Both the position numbers and the translations under genes were made by a program. A stretch of DNA of 64,000 nucleotides, taken from assembly GCA_964016885.1 (NCBI GenBank), contig OZ024753.1, positions 12,648,001 to 12,712,000 on the forward strand. Direction: 5' to 3'. The notes under the pieces were generated by a model. The model worked only from the letters and a program-made list of their open reading frames with translations, was not told the origin of the DNA and ran no database searches. The DNA is from Eledone cirrhosa (taxonomy: Eukaryota). Shown here one piece after another: positions 12,610-25,408 of this stretch. The first letter of the stretch is position 1; each line of letters begins with the position of its first letter.

Positions 12610-13176
12610 GTTTTAATATAGATGAGATTCTACAGGACTAGAACTGTTTCATTCATTAGAAATCATCAGGAATCTGGGTATCAAAAAATAAATATGGTAT
12701 TTATAGGTCTCTACAAGTGGTAGGAGAGGGTGGGGAGTGGGATGGGTGCAGGTCATTGGTTGATGGAGCATGACTGACCCCCCACTGATTTTATAGACAT
12801 CTGTTAGCTTAAGAGAAACTTATTGACAAGGAATGGTATGCCATCCGGAACCTGTTTATAGAATTCTGTCTGCCTTTGTCACTCTAAAAACATAAATAAA
12901 TATAAAAATTAACTATAGCTTTGTAGAATTAGCTTTTAATGAATTCCCTTTTCTATCAACCAATGACCTGCACCCATCCCACTCCCCACCCTCTCCTACC
13001 ACTTGTAGAGACCTATAAATACCATATTTATTTTTTGATACCCAGATTCCTGATGATTTCTAATGAATGAAACAGTTCTAGTCCTGTAGAATCTCATCTA
13101 TATTAAAACTGTTATACTCTGCTATGTATTGAGTACCTTACTTACTGTGGTTACCTCCGATTCAACCCGGAATAAC

Positions 13177-13178
<2 letters not shown>
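12609..13178 (+). mobile_element. Fold-back element family B, about 155-bp near-perfect arms with about 190-bp spacer
   Basis: Arms 12609-12764 / 12955-13110; CTGATGA...GAAAC motif in both arms; (TA)n flanks. Confidence 0.8.
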
Positions 13179-13220
<42 letters not shown>

Positions 13221-13296
13221 TGAATATTATATATATATATATATATACATATATATATTATATATTTATATATATCTCTATATATATATATATATA

Positions 13297-13415
13297 GTTT
13301 TAATGTAGTTGAGATTCTACAGGACTAGAACTCATCTATATTAAAACTTTTATAATCAGCTATGTATTGAGTACCTTATTTACTGTGGTTACCTCCGATT
13401 CAACCCGGAATAACG

Positions 13416-13420
<5 letters not shown>
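13297..13420 (+). mobile_element. Minimal family B fold-back
   Basis: Short inverted arm joined directly to the tail. Confidence 0.65.
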
Positions 13421-13461
<41 letters not shown>

Positions 13462-13725
13462 GATCGATCAACTTTCGGCAAATCGGACCGAAGAATCAAT
13501 ATTTCCGTCGGTCTTTCCAGTTGCTAGTATTATCTATCAGTCGTAACTCCAGGTAGAAGGAGCAACGTGAAATAAAGTGTCTTGCTCAAGGACATAACGC
13601 ATCAATCTATCTATATATATCTATCTATCTATATATCTATCTATATATCTATCTATATATATATCTATATATATATCTATCTATATATATATCTATATAT
13701 ATATCTATCTATCTATATATATATC

Positions 13726-13757
<32 letters not shown>

Positions 13758-13974
13758 CTTTCTATATATATATATATATTATATATTTCTATATATATAT
13801 ATAATATTTATCTATCTCTATATATATATATAATATTTATCTATCTCTATATATATAATATCTCTATATCTACCTATCTATCTATCTATATATATATATA
13901 TATATAATATCTATCTATATATCTATATAGTGACGAAACATAAGTCAATTGTATGAACTCATAATCCTTTACTT

Positions 13975-14030
13975 ACTGCTATATATATTTCGATGATAGC
14001 CATTGAATGGCTATGACCTCATCAGGCAGT
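13975..14030 (-). ncRNA. Type I hammerhead ribozyme motif (canonical core)
   Basis: ACUGC-CUGAUGA-GGUcAUAGCCAU uca AUGGCUAUcAUC-GAAA-UAUAUAUA-GCAGU; inside element 13930-14150. Confidence 0.88.
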
Positions 14031-14155
14031 TAGTCAGGTCTTAGATATGCCAGCTCTGTGTTTATAGTGTTGATGGTATCAGAGCCTTGGGACATAAGAG
14101 TCTTGCTCCACACCTTGTTGAGCGCTTCATACAGTAGCGGACCGCAGCCTATATA

Positions 14156-14192
<37 letters not shown>

Positions 14193-14298
14193 TATATATT
14201 TATAAGTATATATATATATATATATTCTATATATATATAAGTATATATATATATATTCTATATATATATAAGTATATATATATATATATATATATATA

Positions 14299-14648
14299 TG
14301 CAAAGTTTTATTTAAATTGTTGGGTTAACAACGAGTAAATATTTATAACTGATATAAAAGCACTCAACAAGTATTTGGAGTATATTTACGATATTAAATA
14401 AATGGAAACTATATTTATAAAACCATATTTATTTCATTATATATATTTCAGGGATATCATATTAAAAATATGTTATGCCTTCTTCAGACAAAATACAATA
14501 TAAACAGTCTTATAAATAGATATAAGACTGTTTATATTGTATTTTGTCTGAAGAAGGCATAACATATTTTTAATATGATGTCCCTGAAATATATATAATG
14601 AAATAAATATGGTTTTATAAATATAGTTTCCATTTATTTAATATCGTA
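14299..14648 (-). mobile_element. Fold-back element family A with two hammerheads
   Basis: Arms about 14387-14514 / 14521-14648; motifs at 14431-14494 (-) and 14541-14604 (+). Confidence 0.85.
14541..14604 (+). ncRNA. Type I hammerhead ribozyme motif
   Basis: AUUUUGU-CUGAAGA-aGGCAUaaCAUAUU uuu AAUAUGAUGUCccu-GAAA-UAUAUAUA-AUGAAAU. Confidence 0.75.
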
Positions 14649-14773
14649 TATATATATATATATATATTCTATATATATATATATTCTATATATATATAAG
14701 TATATATATATATATATATATTCTATATATATATAAGTATATATATATATATATATATATTCTATATATATAA

Positions 14774-14815
<42 letters not shown>

Positions 14816-15050
14816 TATATATATAAGTATATATATATATATATATTCTATATATATATCTATAAGTATATGTATATATATATTCTATATATATATATAT
14901 ATATTTTATATATATATATAAATATATATATTGTATATATATATTCTATATATATATATATATTGTATATATATATATTCTATATATATATATATATATT
15001 GTATATATATATATTCTATATATATATATATATTGTATATATATATATTC

Positions 15051-15085
<35 letters not shown>

Positions 15086-15213
15086 TATCTCTCTTTCTAT
15101 CTAACTCTCTATATATACACACATACATATATATTATATATCTATATATATGCATACACACACACACACACTCACACACACGCACACACATACACACACA
15201 CACATATATATAC

Positions 15214-15244
<31 letters not shown>

Positions 15245-16242
15245 CTAGCAGTAGGACCCGGCGTTGCACGCGGTAGGATACTTTAAATAGCCACACGCAT
15301 ATGCAAAGATTGAGGAATGAAGCTGTGTACTTTTTGAATTCCCTTATTCTCAGGGAATTATTGAGGAGCGACGTAGTCAATTGTATGAAAACCAAGTAGA
15401 GATGTATGTTAAAGTAGGGATATTGAGATGGAAAAATCAGATGGGCAACGCAACTGCAGCAGAAGGGGGTCATAGTGCAATTGGCAGAAACGCTGGGCGG
15501 CACTGCGTTTACACAGCAACAAAGGTGCGACAAAAGGCGTCACCGTGGGATAAGCACAACCGCTGTTCGGCGTACTTGCGCAGGGCGTTCATATGCGGTG
15601 TAGGTGCAGCAAAAGGTGTCTTAGTAGAAGTAGCACAGACGTGAGTTGTACTGTGTCAATAACACGTCACCGTACACAGGGCCCGGATTTGCGCGTGATG
15701 AAAGCATGAAGCGTCAACAGGGCGCCGACAAAAATTTTAAGGTCCTCCTCATTTCCTCAATCCCCCGAAAATGGTCCTGCTTAAAAGTAAGTAAGTGTAG
15801 TCTCCTCTGTTAAATAAACCAAATTTTTAACGAAATATTATACGTACTTACAACGTTTCAGTAGCGTTTATACTGAAAATGAAAATGGGATATAATACCC
15901 AATGCTAATTCGTAAATTTCCTAGAAACCGTTAAGGGAATCGGATTTCTTTTGTCCACAGCAATGCGAGGTGACTACCTAATGTGTGCTGTAAATTTCGA
16001 GGAAATCAGCTGGATTATCTTTAAGTTACGCCTAAAAAAAGCCAAAATTGCCTTTAAAATGCGGTTTTTCGCCCAATGCGGGCCATAGTGCAGAAAGAGT
16101 TAAAATTTAGCCCATTGCACTTCAAGAAATATAGGTAAAGCATGTGTAAAGTTTGATAAAATTCGGTCGGGTACTTCTCGAGTTTTAGTGATTTAAACTG
16201 ACAGACAGACAGACATCCTTTGATTTTATATATAGATATAGA
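15245..16242 (-). mobile_element. Non-autonomous Helitron-like element
   Basis: Minus strand starts TCTATATCTATATATAAAA, has (CTGT)n near the 5' end, ends in GC hairpin (GCGT gca ACGC) then CTAG, in A/T context. Confidence 0.7.
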
Positions 16243-16249
16243 TATATAT

Positions 16250-16470
16250 AAGCAAAAGGGATTTTCAATTTGTTGGTAATTCAACAAATATAAATGTTTA
16301 TAACTGATTCAGAGCACTCGACATATTTTCTGGAGTATAACATTCAATGATATTAAATAAATGGAAACTATATTTATAAAACCCTATTTATTCTATTATA
16401 ACCATATTTATTCTATTATAAAAATACTTTAACGGCTCAAGTTTTTCCAGGAAAAACTTGAACCGTTAAA

Positions 16471-16474
<4 letters not shown>
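16250..16474 (-). mobile_element. Family A tail with terminal hairpin of about 25 bp
   Basis: Homologous to 52937-53392; hairpin ATACTTTAACGG..TCC/GGA..CCGTTAAAGTAT. Confidence 0.6.
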
Positions 16475-16511
<37 letters not shown>

Positions 16512-16518
16512 TGTGTCT

Positions 16519-16561
<43 letters not shown>

Positions 16562-16984
16562 TGTGTGTCTGTGTGTGTGTGTGTTTGTGTGTGTGTATGA
16601 ATATATATGTTAATGTGCAAATACAAAGATCTATATAATTTGCACGCAACGAATTATAAAATTCATAAAGTGACTTGAAATTACTGCCGATAAGATTTCA
16701 TATCAAACTAAGTTATTACACCTAATAGAATACGATTTGTCTGCAAAAATAAATGACACATTACACTTATATCTCTTTTTATTTTCGTCCTGAAAATATC
16801 ATCATCATAATATGAACATTGTGACTTTAACTAGCCATATTGAAGTTTAAAAGCTACGATTTTATTTACATATACTATAAACAACTTTGTGGTTGTATGC
16901 CGATATATCTTTGTAACTTGTATTGGTCTAATATAATTTGATTGAAAAAATAATTTCGGTCCAGCATTACATTTTGGACTAAAT

Positions 16985-17185
16985 GCGGTGGATTAGCAAT
17001 ATCGGTAGTGCATCGAACAACATGCTTTGCAGCATAGAGTTAGGACCGTTTACGAGGTCAAATCCAGCCGAGGTTAGCTTTTCCTTTCATCCTTATGAAG
17101 TACAAGTCTCGCCCTGGGTCGATTTAATCGACTTTCCCCTCTCTTCAAATTGTTGACCTTCTGCCTAATGTAGAAAAAAATTATA
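16985..17185 (+). mobile_element. Diverged tRNA-SINE
   Basis: Same head and core as 3823. Confidence 0.7.
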
Positions 17186-18028
17186 TTTGGATTAAATGCA
17201 TAATCAAATAGGACTTTATTTATTATGCATGGCATTTAAAATCCGACTATACCAGCACCTCGAGAAAATATTCTTCTATGAAACATTTGTAAGCGATAAA
17301 CTATGAAGAGGCTGCAAGATTCGCCGATGCATATATCGCTCTCCACTAATTTGTTACGGTGTATACATGTGCTAACTGAATACAGAATATACCGTTCTCT
17401 ATATAGAAGAACTGTGACAAAGCTGACCCTCTGATCTGCATGTACTAATCAGTTTTGTTTCAAACCTGACAAACAAATACAATGTGAAATAAACTATCTT
17501 GATCAAGGAAGCAACGTGACATAGGAAATCGTATTTACATATTTTGGATCGTGAGCAAAACACCCAAATTACTAAGTCACTTGCCATCACATCGTCTGTA
17601 CAGACAGGTATCTAAAATCTCCCTCTCTCTTTCCCTTCTATTTAATTATCTCTCTATATATGTGCGTATATATATACCTATATAATATATATACCTATAT
17701 GATATATATATATATATATATGTGTGTGAGAGAGAGAGACAGAGGCAGAGACAGATATTCTTAGACGTGTGTATGTGTATATATATATGTGTGTGTATAG
17801 AGAGATAGATGTGTGGGTATATATATACGGTTATTATCTCTAAATACAGTTCCTATTCACAGTGACTCTATGTGTTTAAAACAAACTCCCTATTATGGAT
17901 AAATGGTGAAACTATTTTGATGTTTGATAAGCATATTCAAATTGAAACCAAATAGATGAGTTTAACTTTCTAAGGGAGAGAGGGGATCAGAAAGAGATGA
18001 AGGACGAGGAAGCGGGAAAGTGATGTTA

Positions 18029-18116
<88 letters not shown>

Positions 18117-18149
18117 AGAGAGAAAGAGTGGGAGAGAGAAAGAGTGTAC

Positions 18150-19260
18150 TAAAGAGAATGTGGTAGTGGAAATATTCCAATGAGAGTTTGTATAGAACGA
18201 GAAGAATATGGGTCAGATTTAGTGTGAGTCAGAAATAAAATTTTAGTTGGTCGGGGGCAGGGGGAATAATCTGAATTACATTCTGGCATAGATTTATGCA
18301 TGATTAATAGAAACAAAACGTCTTTGTAAGAGATGGAGAGAAATACCCGAAAGATATAACATAGGTAATGAATAAGTAAAACAGACTGAGAGGAAAAGAT
18401 TAATAAAGAATGTTTAGACAACATTAAGGCTAAAACCAAACAAATAAAAACTAAAGTAAAAAACTGTATACTATAGATAATGGATAATGCATAAATAATT
18501 CTTTATTACAAAGGACTGTGGGAATTTTAAAGAGCACGAAATTCCCTTTAGTGTAGAAAATAATATTTACTCAATCTAAAGATATATAAAATATAACGAA
18601 AGAAAATATTGAAATGAGGGAAAGGAAAAGCTATAAAACGAGAATATGAAGATTTAAATATGGAAAAGATTATTTGGAAATAAGGATAGCCTCGTACCTT
18701 AACAAACATTAATAAAATATTATATATTTCATTTCTTTAACATCCAAGATCATTAAATTTCTTCAAGATTGGAAGATTGTATTTTATTTTGTTTCTTTGT
18801 TTCCTACATATTAATGTTTCCATGTGTGCCCATGGTAGAAAATAACTGGAAATCTGTAGAATAACTAATAAGCTGACTAAAATGTAGCTTTATTATATCC
18901 TTCCTTGGAACTTTTAAAACTGATTTGCTTAACTTTCACTAAAGCATCTACTCGCAATAAAATGGCATTTATTATTTGAGGCTACACCAACATCTACTAA
19001 CCTTTTTTCTTTCTCGTTAAGAAAATAGTAGAATACGGGATTAGCGTTCAGGTTTTCTCTTTCTGATGGGGGTATTCCACAAATCAATAAACTTTATAGT
19101 GAAACAGTTGTATACGATGGTGTATGCATTTAATAAACTAAAAACATTAAAGTAATGTTCAAAAAGAAAGAAAATGGAGAATATATTCGAGTTGAATTTG
19201 ATGTAATATTATTCATTCCTTATTATTTTCTACCAATTAGTTATTCTTATGTAAGGAAAC
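18150..19260 (-). pseudogene. Possible highly decayed Penelope-like reverse transcriptase relic
   Basis: In correct order: STMGTH (cf. G-x-A-M-G), FRYIxxIF (cf. RYIDDIF), [21 protein letters not shown] (cf. KPT...S-x-HP...SI); many stops. Confidence 0.3.
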
Positions 19261-19292
19261 ATATTTTTTGAGCAAATAAATTCATTACTTAA

Positions 19293-19510
19293 CCCTTCAG
19301 CATGTAAACCAGTTCTATCTGGTCAGAATTCTCTCAACTCTTTCTGTTTAAACCGGCCATAGGTCCACTCACACAGTCGGTCAGGTATTGTTCTCAAAAT
19401 AAATAATATCAAAATCTCATAGCTTCGGTACTATGTGAGATAATTATGTGAGGTAAAGCCTTCACAATGAAAATGAAATAGTAATGAAGAGTTATGTATA
19501 TCTAAAAGGG
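19293..19510. mobile_element. piggyBac-type non-autonomous element
   Basis: TTAA/CCCTT...AAGGG/TTAA termini. Confidence 0.7.
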
Positions 19511-20125
19511 TTAAAATATGTTTTCCTTTCTGTCTGACGATTATCTATATCACTAGAAAGATAACTGAAGACGACACATTTTAAAGTAATTAAAACTTCT
19601 GGTTTAATATGATTAGACAGCATGTAGACAAAACTATTTTCAGGTATGTTTCTAGATGTAATGAAGATAATAACTTTTACAAGAGAAAGAAGTATATTAT
19701 TCTAAAATATCCTCCCTTCAATACAAAAATGCTCTCCCTTCAATGAAGATTTTATCTGTCAGGGTGTAACGATGATTTCAAATTAACTGGACATTGAAAT
19801 TATAATGACAGTAGAGAGAGAGAGAGAGAGAGAGAGGGAGGGAGAGAGAGAGAGAGAGAGTGAGAGACGGAGAGTGAGAGACAGAGAGAGAGAAAGAGAG
19901 TGAGAGACAGAGAGTGAGGGACAGAGTGAGAGGAAGAGAGTGAGAGACAGAGAGAGAGAAAGGTAGATTTTCGTCCCTAAGGGTTTTTACGAGATATCTA
20001 TAAGCTATTATATAGCAACTAACTTTAATTGTAGTCAATTTCTGCGTTTGAGCATCCTATATCTTCTTACAAATTTATTTCCTCAACGCTTCGTAATATC
20101 AAGAATTCAAGCTTCACACATATTT

Positions 20126-20177
<52 letters not shown>

Positions 20178-20533
20178 ATGGGGGGGGGGGGTCCTGTTCG
20201 TTGATCCAAAAGAAATCACCAAGAAAAGATTTGCCTCGTGATTTCTTTTTTCTTTTGAATGAAACAGTTCTTGTCCTGCATTAAACATGATGTTTACACC
20301 TTATTAATGTATTGAGTACCTTACTACCTGTGGTTACCCCAGATTGAACCTGGGACTCACACACACATTTATATATATATAGATATATATATATATACCT
20401 TCGAGGCAATATTTTACCCAACGCCGTTTCGACGGTATTTTGCTGTTCTAACAGCTTCCACACGCCGAGCTATCCCATTTTCCTGAGATTTCTATATACA
20501 CGCATTTCAAAACTCTACTTACAAGTTAAATTT

Positions 20534-20567
<34 letters not shown>

Positions 20568-20916
20568 CGGCGATGAATTAGTTTTGCGAGGTTTTTTATA
20601 TGGCAACATTGAGGACCGAGTAAGTTAGATCGCAGATATGTATATATAAAAGACAGCGAGAAGCGAAAACCAACCAAACAGTGAGTGTGTTCTGTTATTA
20701 ATTCTGGCAATATTACGCAAATATGACCCTCCCCAAATATAACAATATATATATATATATATATATAAATTTTGAGTATATGTTGGTGGTTTACCGACAC
20801 CTCAGTATGCAGTTTGGAGCACTCGACGAAGTACGCAGGTTGGTTTGTTTATTCCGGAGTTATGTAAAATAAGTAAGTCAAACATGTACAATTTGGCTCA
20901 GTTTATTATAAATTCT

Positions 20917-20969
20917 CTGCTATATATATTTCGCTGACACCTATTATTGGCTGTCACCTCATCAGGCAG
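20917..20969 (-). ncRNA. Type I hammerhead ribozyme motif
   Basis: CUGC-CUGAUGA-GgUGACAgCC..GGUGUCAgC-GAAA-UAUAUAUA-GCAG; same stem I as 13975 with a different but paired stem II; element about 20770-21092 in (TA)n. Confidence 0.82.
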
Positions 20970-21102
20970 TCCGAATTAGTGTGGAAAAGACAGGTACACA
21001 TGTTGAAGTGTCTTCCACTCTGTCAATACGTCGATATGTCCATCTCCTGGGTGTGTTGTTAGTCCTCCAAGGAACTGGAATCATATCCATTTTATATATA
21101 TA

Positions 21103-22260
21103 CTAGCAGCAGTACCCAGCGTTGCCTGGGTAGGTAAAATAATATCTGCTTTGATGAACAGGTGTTGATCTTAGCGACTGCTTCTCGATGACTCATCTAT
21201 GGCCACACACAGGCCATGCGGAGGAGGATGGTGATGACTTCTATCACTGAGAAACGCGGGTGACTGATGAAGGGGCATGCTGGGGAGGGAGGTAATGACC
21301 TCTAACACTAAGCGAAATTTCCTGACGCTACTTGACTGGAAACCGATAAATTCTCAAATACACAACTAAAAGCTCAGACGATATCAGTGGCCATCGTTTT
21401 GTCTTTGACAATCTATAAGATGTGCAATGATAGGTTTTATTGTAGTATAAACGTTGAACCAAATAAATTGATTTATGTGTGAGGTGGAACCGACGTTTCG
21501 AATTTGAATGAAATCCGTTGAAAAATGTGGGAGCTAATGATAGGTCTCCGTCCCTGAACAAAAAATGCAAAGTGCAAAGCTACTATAAGATGTGCAATGA
21601 TAGGTTCTATCGTAGTATAAAAGTTAAACCAAAATAAATTGATTTATGTGTGAGGTGGAGCCCATGTTTCGAATTTGAACGAAATCGGTTGAAAAATGTT
21701 TAAGCTAGAGCCGAATAGGCGGAAATTTGAGCGAAAAGGTGGTATTTTCGAATATTTAAGCGGCTGCCACGCCGTTCCTGAACAACAATTCCAAAACATA
21801 AAGCCATTTTAAGACGTGAGATAATCAGATCTAGCGTAGTGTAAAATTTGAACAAAGTAGATTGATTGTTATGGGAGCTAGAGCCGAAAAAGTGGAAATT
21901 TGTGTCTAAAAGTGATATTTTTGAATATTTAAACGGCTGCCACTCCGTCCCTGAACAACAAATGCAAAATATAAAGCCATTACAATGATAAATTCTATTT
22001 TGCTTTAAAATTTGAACGAAATCGGTGGCAAAATGTGGGAGCTAGAGCGAAAAATCTTATTTTTCGATACCTAAAAAAAAGGTGGCCCCCCTATCGATTT
22101 TTATCTGCAGAATGACCCCGAAATAAAATAAACGATACGCTGATATATAGAAAACACTCCCCGATGACTTATCTATGAGCCTGTAAAGTTTCATGAAAAT
22201 CGGTCGTAAGATGTAGGCCCCTATAGGTAATACACAGACACACACACACACATATACAGA
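21103..22260 (-). mobile_element. Non-autonomous Helitron-like element with internal subrepeats
   Basis: Minus-strand 3' end ACCCAGG caacg CTGGGT hairpin then CTAG; repeated AAATTTGAACGAAATCGG..GGGAGCTAGAGC blocks; possible helicase trace PHGLCVA. Confidence 0.6.
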
Positions 22261-23032
22261 TAAACATGGATTCTACAGGAGAAATCATCGGGAAGCCCGT
22301 ATTTCTCCCGAATGAAACAGCTCTAGTGCTGTGGAAGCAATTTCTCTATTAAATATTGATACTCTGCTATGTATTGAGTACCTTACTTACTGTGGTTACC
22401 CCCGATTGAATCCGGCATAAACTTATAATAAATATGCATATCACCCTTCATTCTTTATATTTATACATGTATATATATTTGTGTATGCTTTTTTTTCCTG
22501 CAGTAAACCGACATACCCAGGTGTATTTAAACTTTAAAGAAATGAGTGAAGAAATCCTAGAGCGGCAGAAAGAAAATAAAGATATTGTCAAAATTTCGCT
22601 GACTACGACAAATTTGTCAGCTACTTTTCAATAAAATATATAGCAGAAAACAGTAACCGAGTTGCGTGTTGTGTTTATTGTTGACGTCGTAAATGTAGTG
22701 AGTAATGAAAACAATATAGGTGTGGCTACGAAATAAACACCCTGGTATATCTTTCAGTTCACAAGGCGTTTCAAATCTTTCTCCAGCTGTCTTTCATTTT
22801 AAACTATTCTTGAAAATAATTTGTCATACATTTTTGGCATCCATTATCCGGTGAGGATCCGAAGAGTCCGGGTCCATGGATGTTACTGATAAGCGCATTC
22901 AGTTGAGGGTCTTTTTGTAATGGCGTGTGCGTTCAGTAGGTTTCTGTTTATTGAGTGACTTATTAATGTGTGTGTGTGTCAGCGATTCTTTGTTTAAAAT
23001 TTAATCTGTTATTTTAATAAATATATATATAT

Positions 23033-23266
23033 ATATTGTTATACTTGGGGAGGGTCATATTTGTGTAACATTGACAGAATTAATAACAGAACACACTCAC
23101 TGTTTGGTTGGTTTTCGCTTCTCGCTGTCTTTTATATCGGTAATCTAACTTACTCGGTCCTCAATGAGTGTGTTCTGTTATTAATTCTGGCAATATTACA
23201 CAAATATGACCCTCCCCAAGTATAACAATATTTGTTTCGACACACGATTTCATATAAAAAACCTCT
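23033..23266 (+). mobile_element. Fold-back element nested inside an outer inverted pair
   Basis: Inner arms 23033-23099 / 23165-23231; relatives at 20565-20745 and 37520-37600. Confidence 0.7.
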
Positions 23267-23350
23267 ATATATTAAAATAACAGATTAAATTTTAAACAAA
23301 GAATCGCTTGCACACACACACACATTAATAAGTCACTCAATAAACAGAAG

Positions 23351-23392
<42 letters not shown>

Positions 23393-23419
23393 CTTGTGGC
23401 TATCTGTGTGTCTGTTGTA

Positions 23420-23625
23420 TTAAATGAGAAGAGATATCGAAAGCCTGTATTCCAAAATTTCGATAAAGTGCGTAGACCAGAGATCAGAGAGTGACTCCAG
23501 GTTGACCCGCTTCTTCTCCGAATTGAGAGATCACAGTTCTGATGCTATTGGCATATGGCTAGGATGTCTCAGGAATGAATAGGTGAAGAGATTTTACGGG
23601 CGAAAACAATAGGTAGGAGATCGGT
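23420..23625 (+). mobile_element. RTE LINE fragment (dispersed relative of the 99-bp array unit)
   Basis: DKVRRPEIRE*LQVDPLLLRIERSQF*CYWHMARMSQE. Confidence 0.75.
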
Positions 23626-23730
23626 CTCCTGTCGTTTTATAAATATATATAGATATATAGAGATATATTAGTAATAATAAATATGAATACTAAAATCCGA
23701 GGAGGGCTCGATAAGGATTATATATAATAA

Positions 23731-23766
<36 letters not shown>

Positions 23767-23779
23767 GAATATATATATA

Positions 23780-24095
23780 GTGTAGTTTACAATACACTGT
23801 ATGCTTAATTAAAAGCATTTCGAAGACCTTACGCTATTGTTTTAGAGTAGTGACAGTCTCACTTACTTTAAATTTTCAGCAAGCAGGGGAGATAAAGCTG
23901 ACAGAGCTCTGTTTCGTACTTTTTGGTACTATCAGCTTTATCTCCCCTGTTTGCTGAAAATTTAAAGTAAGTGAGGCTGTCACTACTCTAAAACAATAGC
24001 GTAAGGTCTTCGAAATGCTTTTAATTAACCATACAGTGTATTGCAAAATACACAAAATATACATTCATATATATATCGCTATTTCAGAGCACCAA

Positions 24096-24107
<12 letters not shown>
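23780..24107 (+). mobile_element. Fold-back element in (TA)n, about 120-bp arms
   Basis: Arms 23780-23901 / 23932-24053 plus tail. Confidence 0.7.
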
Positions 24108-24155
<48 letters not shown>

Positions 24156-24165
24156 ATATATATAA

Positions 24166-25160
24166 TTAAAAGTTTAACAAGGTTCAATGAATTCATCAAT
24201 GAATAAAGTTTCACAATAGATTAGAAGCACTCTTTAAAATATTAATAAATATAGACATTCATGTGATCAAAGATATTTTATTATACATATTTCATCTGAA
24301 ATAAGTTGATGCCTGACATACCTTGACTATGTTGATGGTTATAATTTAATCATGGCAGTGATTAGTTATGACAAAACTCAATATTGATATACCTTAAGTT
24401 GAAACATGAAAAGTTACATATAATACAGAGAGTGCGTATGAGAATGTGTATAAAGATATATAAAATAAAGATATATAAATAACTAATAATATATAATACA
24501 TAAACTTATATAACTGCTAAAAATTTAAATAATAATAATATATTCATACCTCATTATTGTTGATAGTGGAAGTGAGAGATCGAGATAGCAAATCATGAGG
24601 AAAGAATGAAAAAAAAGAGATTTGATCGTAGGAACAAGAGAAGGGAGAAATGATCAAATGATAGAGAGAGGAAAATAAGTTAAATCGTATAAACAAAGGG
24701 ATGTATGTATTGTAATATATAAATAGCGTATAATTAGATAGGGGGGAAAGAATATTTAGGCATATGATGAGTTAGAAACATGATAAGTTAATGAGAAATA
24801 GTCAATTAATCAAATGACATACGATTTTAGACTATAAAATTTTAAAGGATTTATATTATTGTACTATATAAGAGTTCAAGCAAATGAAACATTAAAGAGA
24901 TAAATTTATGTTTATCATAACTCCAAAGGTAATCATAAGTACATTTAAAAGTATAATCACAAGTATATTACATGTTTCAACTTAAGGTATATCAATATTG
25001 AGTTTTGTCATAACTAATCACTGCCATGATTAAATTATAACCATCAACATAGTCAAGGTATGTCAGGCATCAACTTATTTTATTTGATGAGGACGTACTG
25101 TTGAAATAGCTCAGTACCTCTGAAATATGTATAATAAAATATATTTGATCACATGAATGT
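24166..25160 (-). mobile_element. Fold-back element family C with about 560-bp spacer
   Basis: Arms 24254-24408 / 24970-25160; hammerhead-like motif about 25076-25141 in right arm, deleted in left arm. Confidence 0.75.
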
Positions 25161-25344
25161 ATTGGGTCCTATTCCCCTCTTGGACTCAACTCACCTCCCC
25201 AATTTCTCTAATACCCCGTCCATTATCACACCCATAGATTCCTATCGTTTTCTCTTTGCTCATAGCTTCGTACTTACATGCATACACACTCTTTTACTCA
25301 CATATACACACATATCTCTTCTTAGCTTCGTACGGACCTATAAC

Positions 25345-25408
<64 letters not shown>

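Noticed and set aside
13045-13085. Family B CTGATGA...GAAACAGTT as a confident hammerhead
   Set aside because: Core words are present but stems I and II pair poorly by eye; kept only as hammerhead-like within the element call.
22580-22640. Further U3-A8 hammerhead on the minus strand
   Set aside because: UUGAAAA, a stem II and GAAA are present, but no convincing stem III or cleavage triplet.
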